A stretch of DNA of 50,625 bases from Angustibacter sp. (GCA_051960055.1 JBQCES010000280.1:1-50625), one strand, 5' to 3'; positions 20,588 through 32,534 are shown, counted from the first letter of the stretch. Numbers and translations: made by a program. Notes: generated from the sequence alone by a model not told the origin.

Positions 20588-21216
20588 CCCAGCCTCGACG
20601 CGTGCTCGTCGTCGACAACTACGACAGCTTCGTCTTCACGATCGTCGGCTACCTCGCCCAGCTCGGCGCGCAGTGCGACGTGGTGCGCAACGACGCCGTG
20701 TCGACCGACGCGGCCGCCGGGTACGACGGCGTCCTGCTGTCTCCCGGGCCGGGCACGCCCGAGGACGCCGGCGTGTGCGTCGACATGGTGCACGCCTGCG
20801 CCGAGCGCCACCAGCCGATGCTGGGCGTGTGCCTGGGGCATCAGGCCCTGGGGGTCGCGTTCGGTGCCGTCGTGGGCCGCGCGCCCGAGCTGCTGCACGG
20901 CAAGACCAGCGTGGTGCACCACCAGGACGTCGGAGTGCTCGCCGGTCTGCCCGACCCGTTCACGGCGACGCGGTACCACTCGCTCGCCATCGAGCCCGAC
21001 ACCGTGCCCCCCGAGCTCGAGGTCACCGGGACGACGCCCGGCGGCGTGATCATGGCGGTGCGTCACCGCGACCTGCCCCTCGAGGGCGTGCAGTTCCACC
21101 CGGAGTCCGTGCTCACCGAGGGCGGCCACCGCCTGCTCGCGAACTGGCTGGCCGCCTGCGGTGACCCCGACGCCGTCGAGCGCTCGCACGGGCTGGCGCC
21201 GCTCGTGCGCTCGTGA
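20584..21216 (+). CDS. pabA: aminodeoxychorismate/anthranilate synthase component II
   Basis: VDNYDSF, SPGPG, GVCLGHQ, RYHSL, QFHPES. Confidence 0.92.
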   Translation: MTQPRRVLVVDNYDSFVFTIVGYLAQLGAQCDVVRNDAVSTDAAAGYDGVLLSPGPGTPEDAGVCVDMVHACAERHQPMLGVCLGHQALGVAFGAVVGRAPELLHGKTSVVHHQDVGVLAGLPDPFTATRYHSLAIEPDTVPPELEVTGTTPGGVIMAVRHRDLPLEGVQFHPESVLTEGGHRLLANWLAACGDPDAVERSHGLAPLVRS

Positions 21217-21222
21217 CGACGA

Positions 21223-21251
21223 CGACCCCCGGGTGAAGCACCCAGGGGTCG
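21223..21251. terminator. stem-loop between convergent pabA and pknB
   Basis: CGACCCC-C-GGGTG / CACCC-A-GGGGTCG. Confidence 0.55.
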
Positions 21252-21279
21252 CTGCCGTCACCGATCCGACACGGGCGGG

Positions 21280-23094
<1,815 letters not shown>

Positions 23095-23145
23095 TTCGTG
23101 CCCTTCGTCGTCGAGCGGTTCGTGCGGCGGGCAGCGGCCGACGGC

Positions 23146-24573
23146 CTACTTCTTCTTGCCATGGCCATGACCCTTCCCCGGCTTGTCCTTCGGTTTCGGC
23201 TTGGCCTTCTGGGCCGGCTGGCTGGAGACGCCGTCGGCCACGCTGAGGGTGACCGTGTCGCCCGGGTGCAGCCCGCTGACCGGGGTCAGCGCGGTCACCG
23301 TGCCCTTCGTGCGCGAGCTGCGCACGGTGGTGGTCTTCGTCTTCAGCCCGAGGGCCTCGAGCTGCTTGGCCACCGTGGTCGCGCTGTGCCCGACGTAGTC
23401 GGACGCCGTGAGGGTGATGGCCTTCGGCGTCGCGGACGGTGTGCTCGTGCTCGGAGTCGGTGTCGGTGTCGCCGTGCGGGTGGCCGACGTGGCGCCCGCG
23501 GCGGGAGTCCCCCTGCCGCCCAACGAGCTGGCGAGCAGCGCGATGAGCACCGCGAGGGCCACTACCCCGATGACCCCGAGCAGCAGGGGCCGCCCGAGGG
23601 GCAGCTCGCTGACCACCTGCGTCGCCCCGGTGATGGCTTTGGAAGTGCCGGTGCGCGCGGCGGCCATGACCGTCGTCGGCTGCACCGGTGCGGCGACGCG
23701 CCGGCGGCCGCCAGCCGTCGGCTTCTCGACCCAGGCCTGGCGGATCGCGGAGTTCAGCCCGGCGCCCAGTGCGGTGCCGAAGGCCGCCGCGCTCACCGGC
23801 CGATCGGCGGGGTCCTTGGCCATGGCCTTCAGCACCTGGTCGGCGACCTGCGGCGGGATGTCGTCGGGCAGCGGCTCGGGGGCCTGATGGACCTGGGCCA
23901 CGGCGGTGGCCACGACGGTGTCGGCGTCGAAGGGACGACGCCCGGTCAGCGCCTCGTACGCCACCACCCCGAGGGCGTAGAGGTCGCTGCGCGGGGTGGC
24001 CGGCCGCCCGAGGGCCTGCTCGGGCGAGAGGTACTGGGCCGTGCCGACGACCTCGCCGGTGCGGGTGATAGGCACCTGGTCGCGGGCGCGGGCGATCCCG
24101 AAGTCGGTGATCTTGACCTGGTCGTCGGCGGTGAGGAGCAGGTTGGCGGGCTTGACGTCGCGGTGCACGACGCCCGCGGCGTGCGCGGCCTGCAGCGCCG
24201 CAGCGGCCTGCTGGATGAGCGGTACGGCCATCGCGGTGGGCAGGGCGCCCTCGCGCTTGATGCGGTGCGAGAGCGCCTCACCCTCGACGAGCTCCATCAC
24301 CAGGAACGCCGTGCCACCGTCCTCGCCGTAGTCGTAGACCGAGGCGATACCGGGGTGCGACAGCGACGCCGCGTGGCGCGCCTCGGCGCGGAAGCGCTCC
24401 AGGAACGTCTCGTCGTCTGCGTACTCGCGCCGCAGCAGCTTGACGGCGACCTCGCGCCCCAGCACGCCGTCGCGGGCGCGCCACACCTCGCCCATGCCGC
24501 CGCCGGCGATCCGCGACGTGAGCTCGTAGCGTCCGCCGACGCGCAGGCCGGGCTCGGGGTGGGCGGCGGTCAT
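23146..24573 (-). CDS. pknA: Ser/Thr protein kinase PknA-like
   Basis: GGMGEVW, HRDVKPAN, DFG, SDLYALG; TM; position between pbpA and pknB. Confidence 0.88.
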   Translation of the reverse strand: MTAAHPEPGLRVGGRYELTSRIAGGGMGEVWRARDGVLGREVAVKLLRREYADDETFLERFRAEARHAASLSHPGIASVYDYGEDGGTAFLVMELVEGEALSHRIKREGALPTAMAVPLIQQAAAALQAAHAAGVVHRDVKPANLLLTADDQVKITDFGIARARDQVPITRTGEVVGTAQYLSPEQALGRPATPRSDLYALGVVAYEALTGRRPFDADTVVATAVAQVHQAPEPLPDDIPPQVADQVLKAMAKDPADRPVSAAAFGTALGAGLNSAIRQAWVEKPTAGGRRRVAAPVQPTTVMAAARTGTSKAITGATQVVSELPLGRPLLLGVIGVVALAVLIALLASSLGGRGTPAAGATSATRTATPTPTPSTSTPSATPKAITLTASDYVGHSATTVAKQLEALGLKTKTTTVRSSRTKGTVTALTPVSGLHPGDTVTLSVADGVSSQPAQKAKPKPKDKPGKGHGHGKKK

Positions 24574-26024
24574 TGCAGCACCGCCTCCATCACGGCCTTG
24601 GCGATCGGCGCGGCGATCTTGCCGCCGAAGGCCTCGTTACCCGCCTTGCCGCCGTCCTCGACCACCACGGCCACCGCGACCTTGGGGTCGTCGGCGGGCG
24701 CGAACGAGGTGAACCAGGCGTGCGGCGGCAGCCCCTTGCCGTGCTGAGCCGTGCCGGTCTTGCCCGCGACCTTGACGCCGGGGATCTGCGCGCGCGTGCC
24801 GGTGCCGGCCTCGACGACCCGCTCCATCATGCGCGTGAGCTGCGCGGCGACGTTCGGGTCGACGGCCCGGCTCAGCTGCTGCGGGTCGGCCTGGTCGATG
24901 ACGTCGAGGTCGGGGCTGCGCACCGTCTTCACCAGGTACGGCGACATCACGACGCCCTGGTTGGCGATGCCGGCGCTCACCATGGCCATCTGCAGCGGGG
25001 TCACCCGCACGTCGTACTGGCCGATGGCCGCCTGGGCGCTCTGCGGCGGGTTCATGTCGGCCGGCACCTGGCTGGGCGTCACCGGCATCGGCACGGTGAG
25101 CCGGTCACCGAAGCCGAACTTCTGAGCCTGGTCGCGCAGCGCGTTGCCGCCGAGCTTGAGCCCGAGGTAGCCGAACGCGGTGTTGCACGAGATCTGCAGC
25201 GCGCGCGTGAGGTCGACCTTGCCGCCTGGTCCGCAGGCGCCGCTGAAGTCGTTGGGGAGGTTGGTGCTGGTCTGCGGCAGGTCGAGGGTCGCCGGGCCGG
25301 GGATCTCGGAGTTCTCGTCGTACGTGCCGCTCGAGAGGGCCGCCGCAGCCGTGACGATCTTGAACGTCGACCCCGGCGGGTAGAGGTTGCCGCCGATCGC
25401 CCGGTTGACCAGGGGGTTGCCGTCGGCGGAGTTGAGCTGCTTGTAGGCCTTCGACACCGCACCGAGGTCGTGGCTCGACAGCGTGTTCGGGTCGTACGTC
25501 GGGTGGCTGACCATCGCGAGGATCGCGCCCGTGCGGGGGTCGAGGGCGACGACGGCACCGCGCTGGTCGCCGAGCGCGTCGGACGCCGCCTTCTGCACCT
25601 TCGGGTCGATCGTGAGCTCGACCGATGCGCCCTGGGGCGCGCGTCCGGTGAGCACGTCGACGACGCGGCGGTAGAACAGCGCGTCCGACGAGCCGGAGAG
25701 CAGGTCGTTCTCGGCGCGCTCGATCCCCGCGCCGGCGCCGTAGACGAACGAGTAGTACCCGGTGATGTGGGAGTACAGCTCGGGGTCGGAGTACTTGCGG
25801 ACGAACTTCAGGTCGTCGTCGCTGGCCACGGAACGTGCGATGGGCCGCCCGCTCACCAGGATCGGGCCGCGCTCGCGGCTGTAGCTCTCGAGCAGCGTGC
25901 GGCGGTTGTTGGGCTTGTCGCGCAACGACGCCGCCTGCACGTACTGGATGTACGTCGACGACAGCAGCAGCGCGCCGAAGAGCACCAGCACGACGGCGGC
26001 CAGCCGGCGGATGGGAGCGTTCAC
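24570..26024 (-). CDS. pbpA: class B penicillin-binding protein PbpA
   Basis: STFK, SCN, KTGT motifs; start VNAPIRR. Confidence 0.93.
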   Translation of the reverse strand: MNAPIRRLAAVVLVLFGALLLSSTYIQYVQAASLRDKPNNRRTLLESYSRERGPILVSGRPIARSVASDDDLKFVRKYSDPELYSHITGYYSFVYGAGAGIERAENDLLSGSSDALFYRRVVDVLTGRAPQGASVELTIDPKVQKAASDALGDQRGAVVALDPRTGAILAMVSHPTYDPNTLSSHDLGAVSKAYKQLNSADGNPLVNRAIGGNLYPPGSTFKIVTAAAALSSGTYDENSEIPGPATLDLPQTSTNLPNDFSGACGPGGKVDLTRALQISCNTAFGYLGLKLGGNALRDQAQKFGFGDRLTVPMPVTPSQVPADMNPPQSAQAAIGQYDVRVTPLQMAMVSAGIANQGVVMSPYLVKTVRSPDLDVIDQADPQQLSRAVDPNVAAQLTRMMERVVEAGTGTRAQIPGVKVAGKTGTAQHGKGLPPHAWFTSFAPADDPKVAVAVVVEDGGKAGNEAFGGKIAAPIAKAVMEAVLQ

Positions 26025-27403
26025 CGCAGCTTCACCACCTCGGTGGGCGCGTCGTCGCCCGTCAGCACGTCCGCGGGGACGACGGGTGCCGGGCGCCGCG
26101 CCTGGTCGCTGATCCGCAGCAGCAGCCCGAGGATCGCCCAGTTCGCCACCAGCGACGAGCCACCGGCCGACAGGAACGGCATCGTCAGGCCGGTGAGCGG
26201 GATCAGCCGGGTGACGCCACCGACGACCACGAAGCACTGCAGCGCCACGGTGAACGCCAGGCCGGTCGCGAGCAGCTTGCCGTAGCCGTCGCGCACGCCG
26301 ATGGCCGTGCGCAGGCCCCGCTCGACGAACAGCAGGTACAGCAGGAGCAGGGCGAACAGCCCGACCAGGCCGATCTCCTCGGCGAACGACGGGATGATGA
26401 AGTCGCTCTCGGCGTAGTACGTGAGGTCAGGGCGTCCCCGGCCGAGCCCGCTCCCCAGCAGCCCGCCGTCGGCCATGCCGAACATGCCGCGCACCAGCTG
26501 GTCGCTGACCTCCAACGCCTTGCTGGAGAACGGGTGCAGCCACAGCAGGACGCGGCGCTGCACGTGCCCGAAGAGCAGGTAGGCGACGTAGGAGCCGGCC
26601 ACGAACATCGCCAGGCCGATCGCGATCCAGCCCTTGCGCTCGGTGGCGACGTAGAGCATCGCGACGAACAGGCCGAAGTACAGCAGCGACGAGCCGAGAT
26701 CGCGTTCGAACACGAGCACCGCGAGGCTGAAGCCCCACGCCACCAGGATCGGCCCGAGGTCACGACCGCGCGGGAGGGAGATGCCGATGAACCGGCGTCC
26801 GACCAGGGCGAGCGAGTCGCGGGCCTGCACCAGGTAGCCGGCGAAGAACATGGCCAGGCAGATCTTGGCGATCTCACCGGGCTGGAACGACAGCGGGCCG
26901 AGGCCGATCCAGATCCGCGAGCCGTTGATGTTCTTGCCGATCACCGGCAGCAGGGGCAGCAACAGCAGCCCGATACCGGCGGCGAGCGCGGTGTAGGTGT
27001 AGCGCTGCAGCCGGCGGTGGTCGCGCACGAACCACAGCACGGCCAGGCACAGCACGACGCCGATGGTCATCCACAGCAGCTGCTTGGCGGCCATGCCGCC
27101 GCCTGTGCGCTGCTCGGCGAGGTCGAGGCGGTGGATCATCACCAGCCCCAGGCCGTTGAGCACCGTGGCGATCGGCAGCAGGACGGGGTCGGCGTACGCG
27201 GCGCGCCAGCGCAGCAGCAGGTGCACGGCACCGACGAGCACGATCAGGCCGAGGCCGTAGGTGAGCAGGCTCGGCGGCAGGCTGCCGTCGACGGCGATCC
27301 CGACGTTGGCGTAGGCCAGCAGCACGATCCCGACGGCGAACACGAGCAGCACGAGCTCGACGCCGCGGCGCGTGCGCGGCACGACCGTGGTGACGACCGA
27401 CAT
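26021..27403 (-). CDS. rodA: SEDS protein RodA
   Basis: SFQPGEIAK, DLG, SDF, PLTGLTMPFLSAGGSS; multiple TM helices. Confidence 0.93.
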   Translation of the reverse strand: MSVVTTVVPRTRRGVELVLLVFAVGIVLLAYANVGIAVDGSLPPSLLTYGLGLIVLVGAVHLLLRWRAAYADPVLLPIATVLNGLGLVMIHRLDLAEQRTGGGMAAKQLLWMTIGVVLCLAVLWFVRDHRRLQRYTYTALAAGIGLLLLPLLPVIGKNINGSRIWIGLGPLSFQPGEIAKICLAMFFAGYLVQARDSLALVGRRFIGISLPRGRDLGPILVAWGFSLAVLVFERDLGSSLLYFGLFVAMLYVATERKGWIAIGLAMFVAGSYVAYLLFGHVQRRVLLWLHPFSSKALEVSDQLVRGMFGMADGGLLGSGLGRGRPDLTYYAESDFIIPSFAEEIGLVGLFALLLLYLLFVERGLRTAIGVRDGYGKLLATGLAFTVALQCFVVVGGVTRLIPLTGLTMPFLSAGGSSLVANWAILGLLLRISDQARRPAPVVPADVLTGDDAPTEVVKLR

Positions 27404-28794
27404 CAGCCCACCTGCCCGCAGTCGGTGGGGGTGGTGACGGCACTGGCCGAGGGACTGGGCGTGGGAGCCGGGGCCGACGTAGCCGTAGCCGTCGCCGCGG
27501 GGGTCGCCGCGGGGGTCGCGGTGCGCGTCGGGGTCGCCGCGGGCGTGGCGGACGGCGTGGGTGTGGCGGACGGCGTCGTCTGCGAGCAGGCCTGGGTGCG
27601 CAGCTCGCTCACCTTGTCGCGGGCGGCCCCCAGGTCGGCCACGGTGATACCGCCGCGCACCTGCTCGGCGGAGTACTCGGGCAGCTGGTCGAGCGTGACG
27701 TCCTGCCGCTCGTAGACGTGCGACATGCGCACGGGGCCGATGTCCTGTGGCAGCCCGCGGTAGATCGCGACGTTCTGCCCGACGGCGCCCACGTAGTACT
27801 GCTGCTGGCTCCAGGCGTAGGCGGCGTAGCCACCGGCGCCGAGCACGGCAGCCACGACGAGCGCCGCGAGCACGCGCAGGGTCCAGCGCCGGCGGGAGGC
27901 GGGCGGCCCGACCACGGGCTCGTCGTCGACCTGCTCGACCTCCTCGGCCGGCTGCGGGCGGCTGAGGGCGGCGGCCTTGGCGGCCGGTGACTGCGGCTCG
28001 GCGGTGCGGGCTGCGGCATGGACGGCGGCCGAGCCCACCGTCTCGGGCACCGAGCTCGGCGGGGCGTCGGCGGCGTCGACCACGTGCGCGACGACGCAGG
28101 TGATGTTGTCGGCCCCGCCGCCGCGGAGCGCGAGGCTCACCAGGGCCTCGGCGCAGGTGGCCGGGTCGTCGTGCTCGGCGAGCAGCTCGGCGAGCGTGTG
28201 GTCGCGGACGACGCCGGTGAGCCCGTCGGAGCACACGACGTAGCGGTCGCCCACCCGCGTCTCGCGCACGGACAGGTCGGCTTCGTCGTCCGGGTGGCCG
28301 CTGAGGACGCGCGTGATCACCGAGCGCTGCGGGTGGCGCTCGGCCTCCTCCTCGGTGATCCGTCCGTCGTCGACGAGGCTCTGCACGAAGGTGTGGTCGT
28401 GGGTGAGCCGCGACAGCTCGCCGTCCCGCCAGCGGTAGCAGCGCGAGTCGCCGATGTGGGCCATCGAGATGCGCTGACCGTGCAGCACCACGGCCGTCGC
28501 CGTCGTCCCCATGCCCTGCAGGGTGGGGTCGCCAGCGGAGCGCTCGCGCAGCTCGGCGTTGGCCTCGTGCAGCGTGCGCTCGAGCTGGGCCAGCGCGTCC
28601 CCGCCGTGCGACTCGCCGTCGAGCGCGACCAGCCGGCCGAGCGCCACCGAGCTCGCGACGTCACCGGCTGCGTGGCCGCCCATGCCGTCGCAGACGGCGA
28701 GCAGGTGCGGCCCGGCGTAGCCGGAGTCCTGGTTGTTGGTGTAGCGGCCGAGCCCGATGTCCGAGCGCGCCGCGAACCGGAAGGCCATGGGCAT
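27403..28794 (-). CDS. pstP: PP2C-family phosphatase PstP
   Basis: NQDSG, DGMGG, MGTT, HIGDSR, CSDGL, DNIT; TM; Pro/Thr-rich tail. Confidence 0.93.
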   Translation of the reverse strand: MPMAFRFAARSDIGLGRYTNNQDSGYAGPHLLAVCDGMGGHAAGDVASSVALGRLVALDGESHGGDALAQLERTLHEANAELRERSAGDPTLQGMGTTATAVVLHGQRISMAHIGDSRCYRWRDGELSRLTHDHTFVQSLVDDGRITEEEAERHPQRSVITRVLSGHPDDEADLSVRETRVGDRYVVCSDGLTGVVRDHTLAELLAEHDDPATCAEALVSLALRGGGADNITCVVAHVVDAADAPPSSVPETVGSAAVHAAARTAEPQSPAAKAAALSRPQPAEEVEQVDDEPVVGPPASRRRWTLRVLAALVVAAVLGAGGYAAYAWSQQQYYVGAVGQNVAIYRGLPQDIGPVRMSHVYERQDVTLDQLPEYSAEQVRGGITVADLGAARDKVSELRTQACSQTTPSATPTPSATPAATPTRTATPAATPAATATATSAPAPTPSPSASAVTTPTDCGQVG

Positions 28795-28800
28795 CGGCGG

Positions 28801-29283
28801 CTACCTACGCAGCTCGAGGACCGTGGTGCCGATCCGCAGGGTGGAGCCCACCTGCAGCTTCTGCGGCGAGGTGAGGCGCTGGGTGCCCGAGAACGTGCCG
28901 TTGGTGGAGTCGAGGTCCTCGACGTACCACTCGCCGTTCTCCGGGTAGATGCGCGCGTGCCGGCCGGACGCGTAGTCGTCGTCGAGCACGAGCGTCGACT
29001 CCGGGTTGCGTCCGATGAGCACGGAGTTCTGGCCCAGGGTGATCGTGGTGCCCTTGAGCGGGCCCTCGGCGACCAGCACGTGCGACGGCGTCCGGCGGCT
29101 GGTGCGCTGACCGCGCCGCGCGGCCTGGGCAGGCTGCGGCGCGGCGGCGGGACGCGGTGCGCTGCGCTGGGTGACCTTCGTGCCGAACAGGTCGCCGCGC
29201 AGGACGCCGACGACCGAGAACACGAACACCCACAGGACCGCGAGCAGCCCCAGTCGGACGACGGTGACGGTGAGCTCGCTCAT
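28801..29283 (-). CDS. fhaB: FHA domain protein FhaB/FipA
   Basis: MSELT + TM; IGR, SGRHA, DLDSTNGT. Confidence 0.9.
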   Translation of the reverse strand: MSELTVTVVRLGLLAVLWVFVFSVVGVLRGDLFGTKVTQRSAPRPAAAPQPAQAARRGQRTSRRTPSHVLVAEGPLKGTTITLGQNSVLIGRNPESTLVLDDDYASGRHARIYPENGEWYVEDLDSTNGTFSGTQRLTSPQKLQVGSTLRIGTTVLELRR

Positions 29284-30062
29284 CGTTCTCCGCTGCGGTA
29301 GACGGCCCGGGTGCGGCCGAGGATGATCGTCGACCCCTCGACCAGCTGCGTCGCGGTGATCCGCTGGGTGTCGACGAAGGTGCCGTTGGTGGAGCCCAGG
29401 TCGCGCACGGAGGCGACCAGGTGCGGGCCGTCGGCCGTGACCCGGATCTCGGCGTGCTTGCGGCTCACCCCGGGGTCGTCGAGCACGATGTCGGCGTCGT
29501 CGCCGCGGCCGATCACGGTGATGCTGCCGACGAGCGGGTACGCCTGCCCGTCGACGTCCAGCCACGGACGCCGGGCCGGCGTGGTCTGCGTGACCGGGCC
29601 GGGGTCGGCGTGCACCGGCGGCCGAAGCACACCGGGGCCGGTCTCGGGGTCGCGGGGGATCGGTGCCGGCGAGGGACCGCGCTCGGCGCGTCCCTTCACG
29701 GTGGCCGCCCGCACCCGGAAGACCCCCGTGTCGAGGTCGGGGACCTCCTCGAACTCGACCGTCACCGGGCCGACGAACGCGTACCCCTGCTGCTCGGCGT
29801 GCTCACGCAGGTTGGCGGCGAACTCCTCGGCCAGCGCGTCGGCGTAGTCGTAGAGGCGGTCGTGGTCGGTGGAGCCGAGCTCGACGACGAACGCGTTGGG
29901 CACGAGCGTGCGACCGCGGCCGACGACGGCGGCCCGGTCGTCCGCAGCGCGGCGCAGGGCGCTCGCGATCTCGACGGGCTGAACCTCTGAGCGGAACGCC
30001 TTGGCGAACGCGCCGTTCACGGCTCGCTCGATGCCCTTCTCGAACCGGTCGAACACCCCCAC
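29280..30062 (-). CDS. fhaA: FhaA (DUF3662 + FHA)
   Basis: FEKGIERAVNGAFAKAFRSEVQPVEIA; SRKHA, DLGSTNGT; AAGGAGG RBS. Confidence 0.92.
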   Translation of the reverse strand: MGVFDRFEKGIERAVNGAFAKAFRSEVQPVEIASALRRAADDRAAVVGRGRTLVPNAFVVELGSTDHDRLYDYADALAEEFAANLREHAEQQGYAFVGPVTVEFEEVPDLDTGVFRVRAATVKGRAERGPSPAPIPRDPETGPGVLRPPVHADPGPVTQTTPARRPWLDVDGQAYPLVGSITVIGRGDDADIVLDDPGVSRKHAEIRVTADGPHLVASVRDLGSTNGTFVDTQRITATQLVEGSTIILGRTRAVYRSGER

Positions 30063-30262
30063 GCAGCACCTCCTTCGCGCTCGCTCACTCATCGGGACGA
30101 CCGCGGATCGCGGTGACCGCCGCCGGGCGCGGGGCAGCGTGCAGTCGCGGGCGCTGGCCTGGCCTGCGCTCAATCCTAGCCGTGGACGGGATCAGCGCCC
30201 GTCCGTGCTAGCCTGAGCGGCGAACTTCGGGGCTCGGTCTCGGCTGGGCGCACGGAGTTCAT

Positions 30263-30345
30263 GCGCGAGTGGCGGAACGGCAGACGCGCTGGCTTCAGGT
30301 GCCAGTGTCCGAAAGGGCGTGGGGGTTCAAATCCCCCCTCGCGCA
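30263..30345 (+). tRNA. tRNA-Leu (CAG)
   Basis: GCGCGAGTGGCGGAA start, anticodon loop TTCAGGT, long variable arm, GGTTCAAATCC, ends CTCGCGCA. Confidence 0.96.
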
Positions 30346-30350
30346 CGCAC

Positions 30351-30385
30351 AGCCCCGGCGACCATCCTCTGGTCCCGGGGCTTTT
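30351..30385 (+). terminator. intrinsic terminator after tRNA-Leu
   Basis: AGCCCCGG...CCGGGGCT followed by T run. Confidence 0.7.
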
Positions 30386-30612
30386 CGCTGCCCTGACGTT
30401 GATCACGTTCAGTGGGCGACACTCCGCTTGCTGAGGGTTGTACCCCTCGACAAGCGGCAGCATCCCTGGACAAGAGCGCCGGCGGGTGCGAGCGAGCGCG
30501 GTGAGGCTCGCCTGGTCGTGGGTGACCCAGAGAGCGCACGGGCGGCATGTCGGACCTCTGTAAGGTTGTACATTGCACGAAGCAACGCTGTGCCGCCTGA
30601 GACGAGGAGCCC

Positions 30613-32277
30613 ATGGACGCCGTCACCGCCCCACCCCAGCCGGTGAACGAAGCAGTACGCACCTACGCACCAGGCAGCGCGGAAGCGGCCGCCCTGCGCC
30701 GCGAGCTGGACTGCCTGGCCTCCGCACGCCACGACGTGGGGCCGGTCATCAACGGGCGCGTCGAGCACGAGAGCGACGAGCGAGTCACCATCACCCAGCC
30801 GCACGACCGACACACGCTGTTGCTCACGGCCTCCGTGACCAGCCCCGACCAGGCGGTGCACGCCGTCGACTGCGCCGTGAGGGCCGGGGCTGCGTGGCGT
30901 GAGGCGTCCTTCGACGACCGGGCCGCCGTGCTGCTGAGAGCCGCCGACCTGCTGTCGGGCCCCTGGCGCGCGCGGCTCAACGCGGCCACGATGCTCGGGC
31001 AGTCGAAGTCCGTGCACCAGGCGGAGATCGACGCCGCCTGCGAGCTGGCCGACTTCTGGCGGTTCAACGTCCACTTCGCGCGGCAGATCCTCGCCGAGCA
31101 GCCGCTCGCCAGCTCACCCGGCACGTGGAACACCCTCGACCACCGTCCGCTCGAGGGCTTCGTCTACGCGGTCACGCCCTTCAACTTCACGGCGATCGCC
31201 GGCAACCTGCCCACCGCACCGGCGCTGATGGGCAACGCCGTCGTCTGGAAGCCCGCGACGACCCAGCTCCTGGCCGCCGACCTCACCCTGCAGCTGCTCA
31301 CCGAGGCCGGCCTGCCGCCGGGCGTGGTCACCATGCTCCCCGGCCCCGGACCCGACGTCTCCGACGTCGTGCTCTCCGACCGGCGACTGGCCGGGATCCA
31401 CTTCACGGGGTCGACCGAGGTGTTCCGCCAGCTCTGGAAGCAGGTGGGCACTCGGCTCGACAGGTACTCCTCCTACCCGCGCCTGGTCGGTGAGACCGGC
31501 GGCAAGGACTTCGTCGTCGCCCATCCCAGCGCGGACGTCGACCGGCTGCGCACCGCACTCGTGCGCGGCGCCTTCGAGTACCAGGGCCAGAAGTGCTCGG
31601 CCGCCTCGCGCGCCTTCATCGCGGCGAGCGTGTGGGGAAAGCTCAAGGACGCCCTGGTGAGCGACATCCGGAGCATCGCCGTGGGCGACGTGCGCGACTT
31701 CAGCACCTTCATGGGCGCGGTCATCGACCAGCGCGCCTACCGCCGGCTCACCGAGGTGCTCGACCAGGCCCGCCACGACCCCACCCTCGAGGTGCTAGCG
31801 GGTGGTGGATACACCGACCGCGTCGGCTGGTTCGTCGAGCCGACCCTGCTGGTCGGCACCGACCCCACCCACGAGGTGTTCCGGCGTGAGTTCTTCGGTC
31901 CCATCCTGTCGGTCTACGTCTACGAGGACGGCGACTACGAGGACGTCCTGAGGCTCGTCGACTCGGGGAGCCCCTACGGCCTGACGGGTGCGGTGTTCGC
32001 GCGCGACCGGGCCGCCGTCGACACCGCGCGGCGGGCGCTGCGGTTCGCGGCGGGCAACTTCTACGTCAACGACAAGCCCACGGGCGCCGTGGTCGGCCAG
32101 CAGCCGTTCGGCGGTGGGCGGGCATCGGGCACCAACGACAAGGCCGGGTCGGCAGAGAACCTGCGGCGCTGGACGTCGACGCGCACCATCAAGGAGACCT
32201 TCGTCGCCGACACGGACTACCGCTACCCGCACATGGCGCCAGCCGTGGACGTCCCGGCGACGGGAACCGCGCTGTGA
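30613..32277 (+). CDS. pruA: L-glutamate gamma-semialdehyde (P5C) dehydrogenase
   Basis: EIDAACELADFWRFN, PFNFTAI, GETGGKDF, FEYQGQKCSA, NDKPTGAVVGQQPFGG. Confidence 0.95.
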   Translation: MDAVTAPPQPVNEAVRTYAPGSAEAAALRRELDCLASARHDVGPVINGRVEHESDERVTITQPHDRHTLLLTASVTSPDQAVHAVDCAVRAGAAWREASFDDRAAVLLRAADLLSGPWRARLNAATMLGQSKSVHQAEIDAACELADFWRFNVHFARQILAEQPLASSPGTWNTLDHRPLEGFVYAVTPFNFTAIAGNLPTAPALMGNAVVWKPATTQLLAADLTLQLLTEAGLPPGVVTMLPGPGPDVSDVVLSDRRLAGIHFTGSTEVFRQLWKQVGTRLDRYSSYPRLVGETGGKDFVVAHPSADVDRLRTALVRGAFEYQGQKCSAASRAFIAASVWGKLKDALVSDIRSIAVGDVRDFSTFMGAVIDQRAYRRLTEVLDQARHDPTLEVLAGGGYTDRVGWFVEPTLLVGTDPTHEVFRREFFGPILSVYVYEDGDYEDVLRLVDSGSPYGLTGAVFARDRAAVDTARRALRFAAGNFYVNDKPTGAVVGQQPFGGGRASGTNDKAGSAENLRRWTSTRTIKETFVADTDYRYPHMAPAVDVPATGTAL

Positions 32278-32465
32278 GCGCGCAGGCGACGACCGCGCCC
32301 CTCGAGCGGGACGGCGAGCAGTGCGTCTGCGGCGACGTGCTGCAGCCGTGCATCACCTGCGCGCAACCGCGCTGCTCGCGGTGCGACCCCTACCGCAGCG
32401 AGGACTGCCTGCGGGAGCTGGAGGCGCTGGACGCGGCCGTCGCGGCCGCCCGTGCACTCCCGTAA
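32274..32465 (+). CDS. small Cys-rich protein (63 aa), putative Zn-binding
   Basis: CVC..CITC..CSRC..C; GTGA overlap with pruA stop. Confidence 0.55.
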   Translation: MSAQATTAPLERDGEQCVCGDVLQPCITCAQPRCSRCDPYRSEDCLRELEALDAAVAAARALP

Positions 32466-32534
32466 CCGCCAGAGCCACGCCGCAGTCCACAGATTTCCCA
32501 GAACGTCATTGACGCCCGGTCGTCCACAAGTAAC

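Noticed and set aside
27420-27580. Tandem repeats at the pstP 3' end (similar in pknB and pknA tails)
   Set aside because: They encode ordinary Ala/Thr/Pro low-complexity linkers.
30346-30612. Integrase or att duplication at tRNA-Leu
   Set aside because: No integrase or repeated tRNA 3' end is visible in the window, so mobility of the collagen locus is unsupported.
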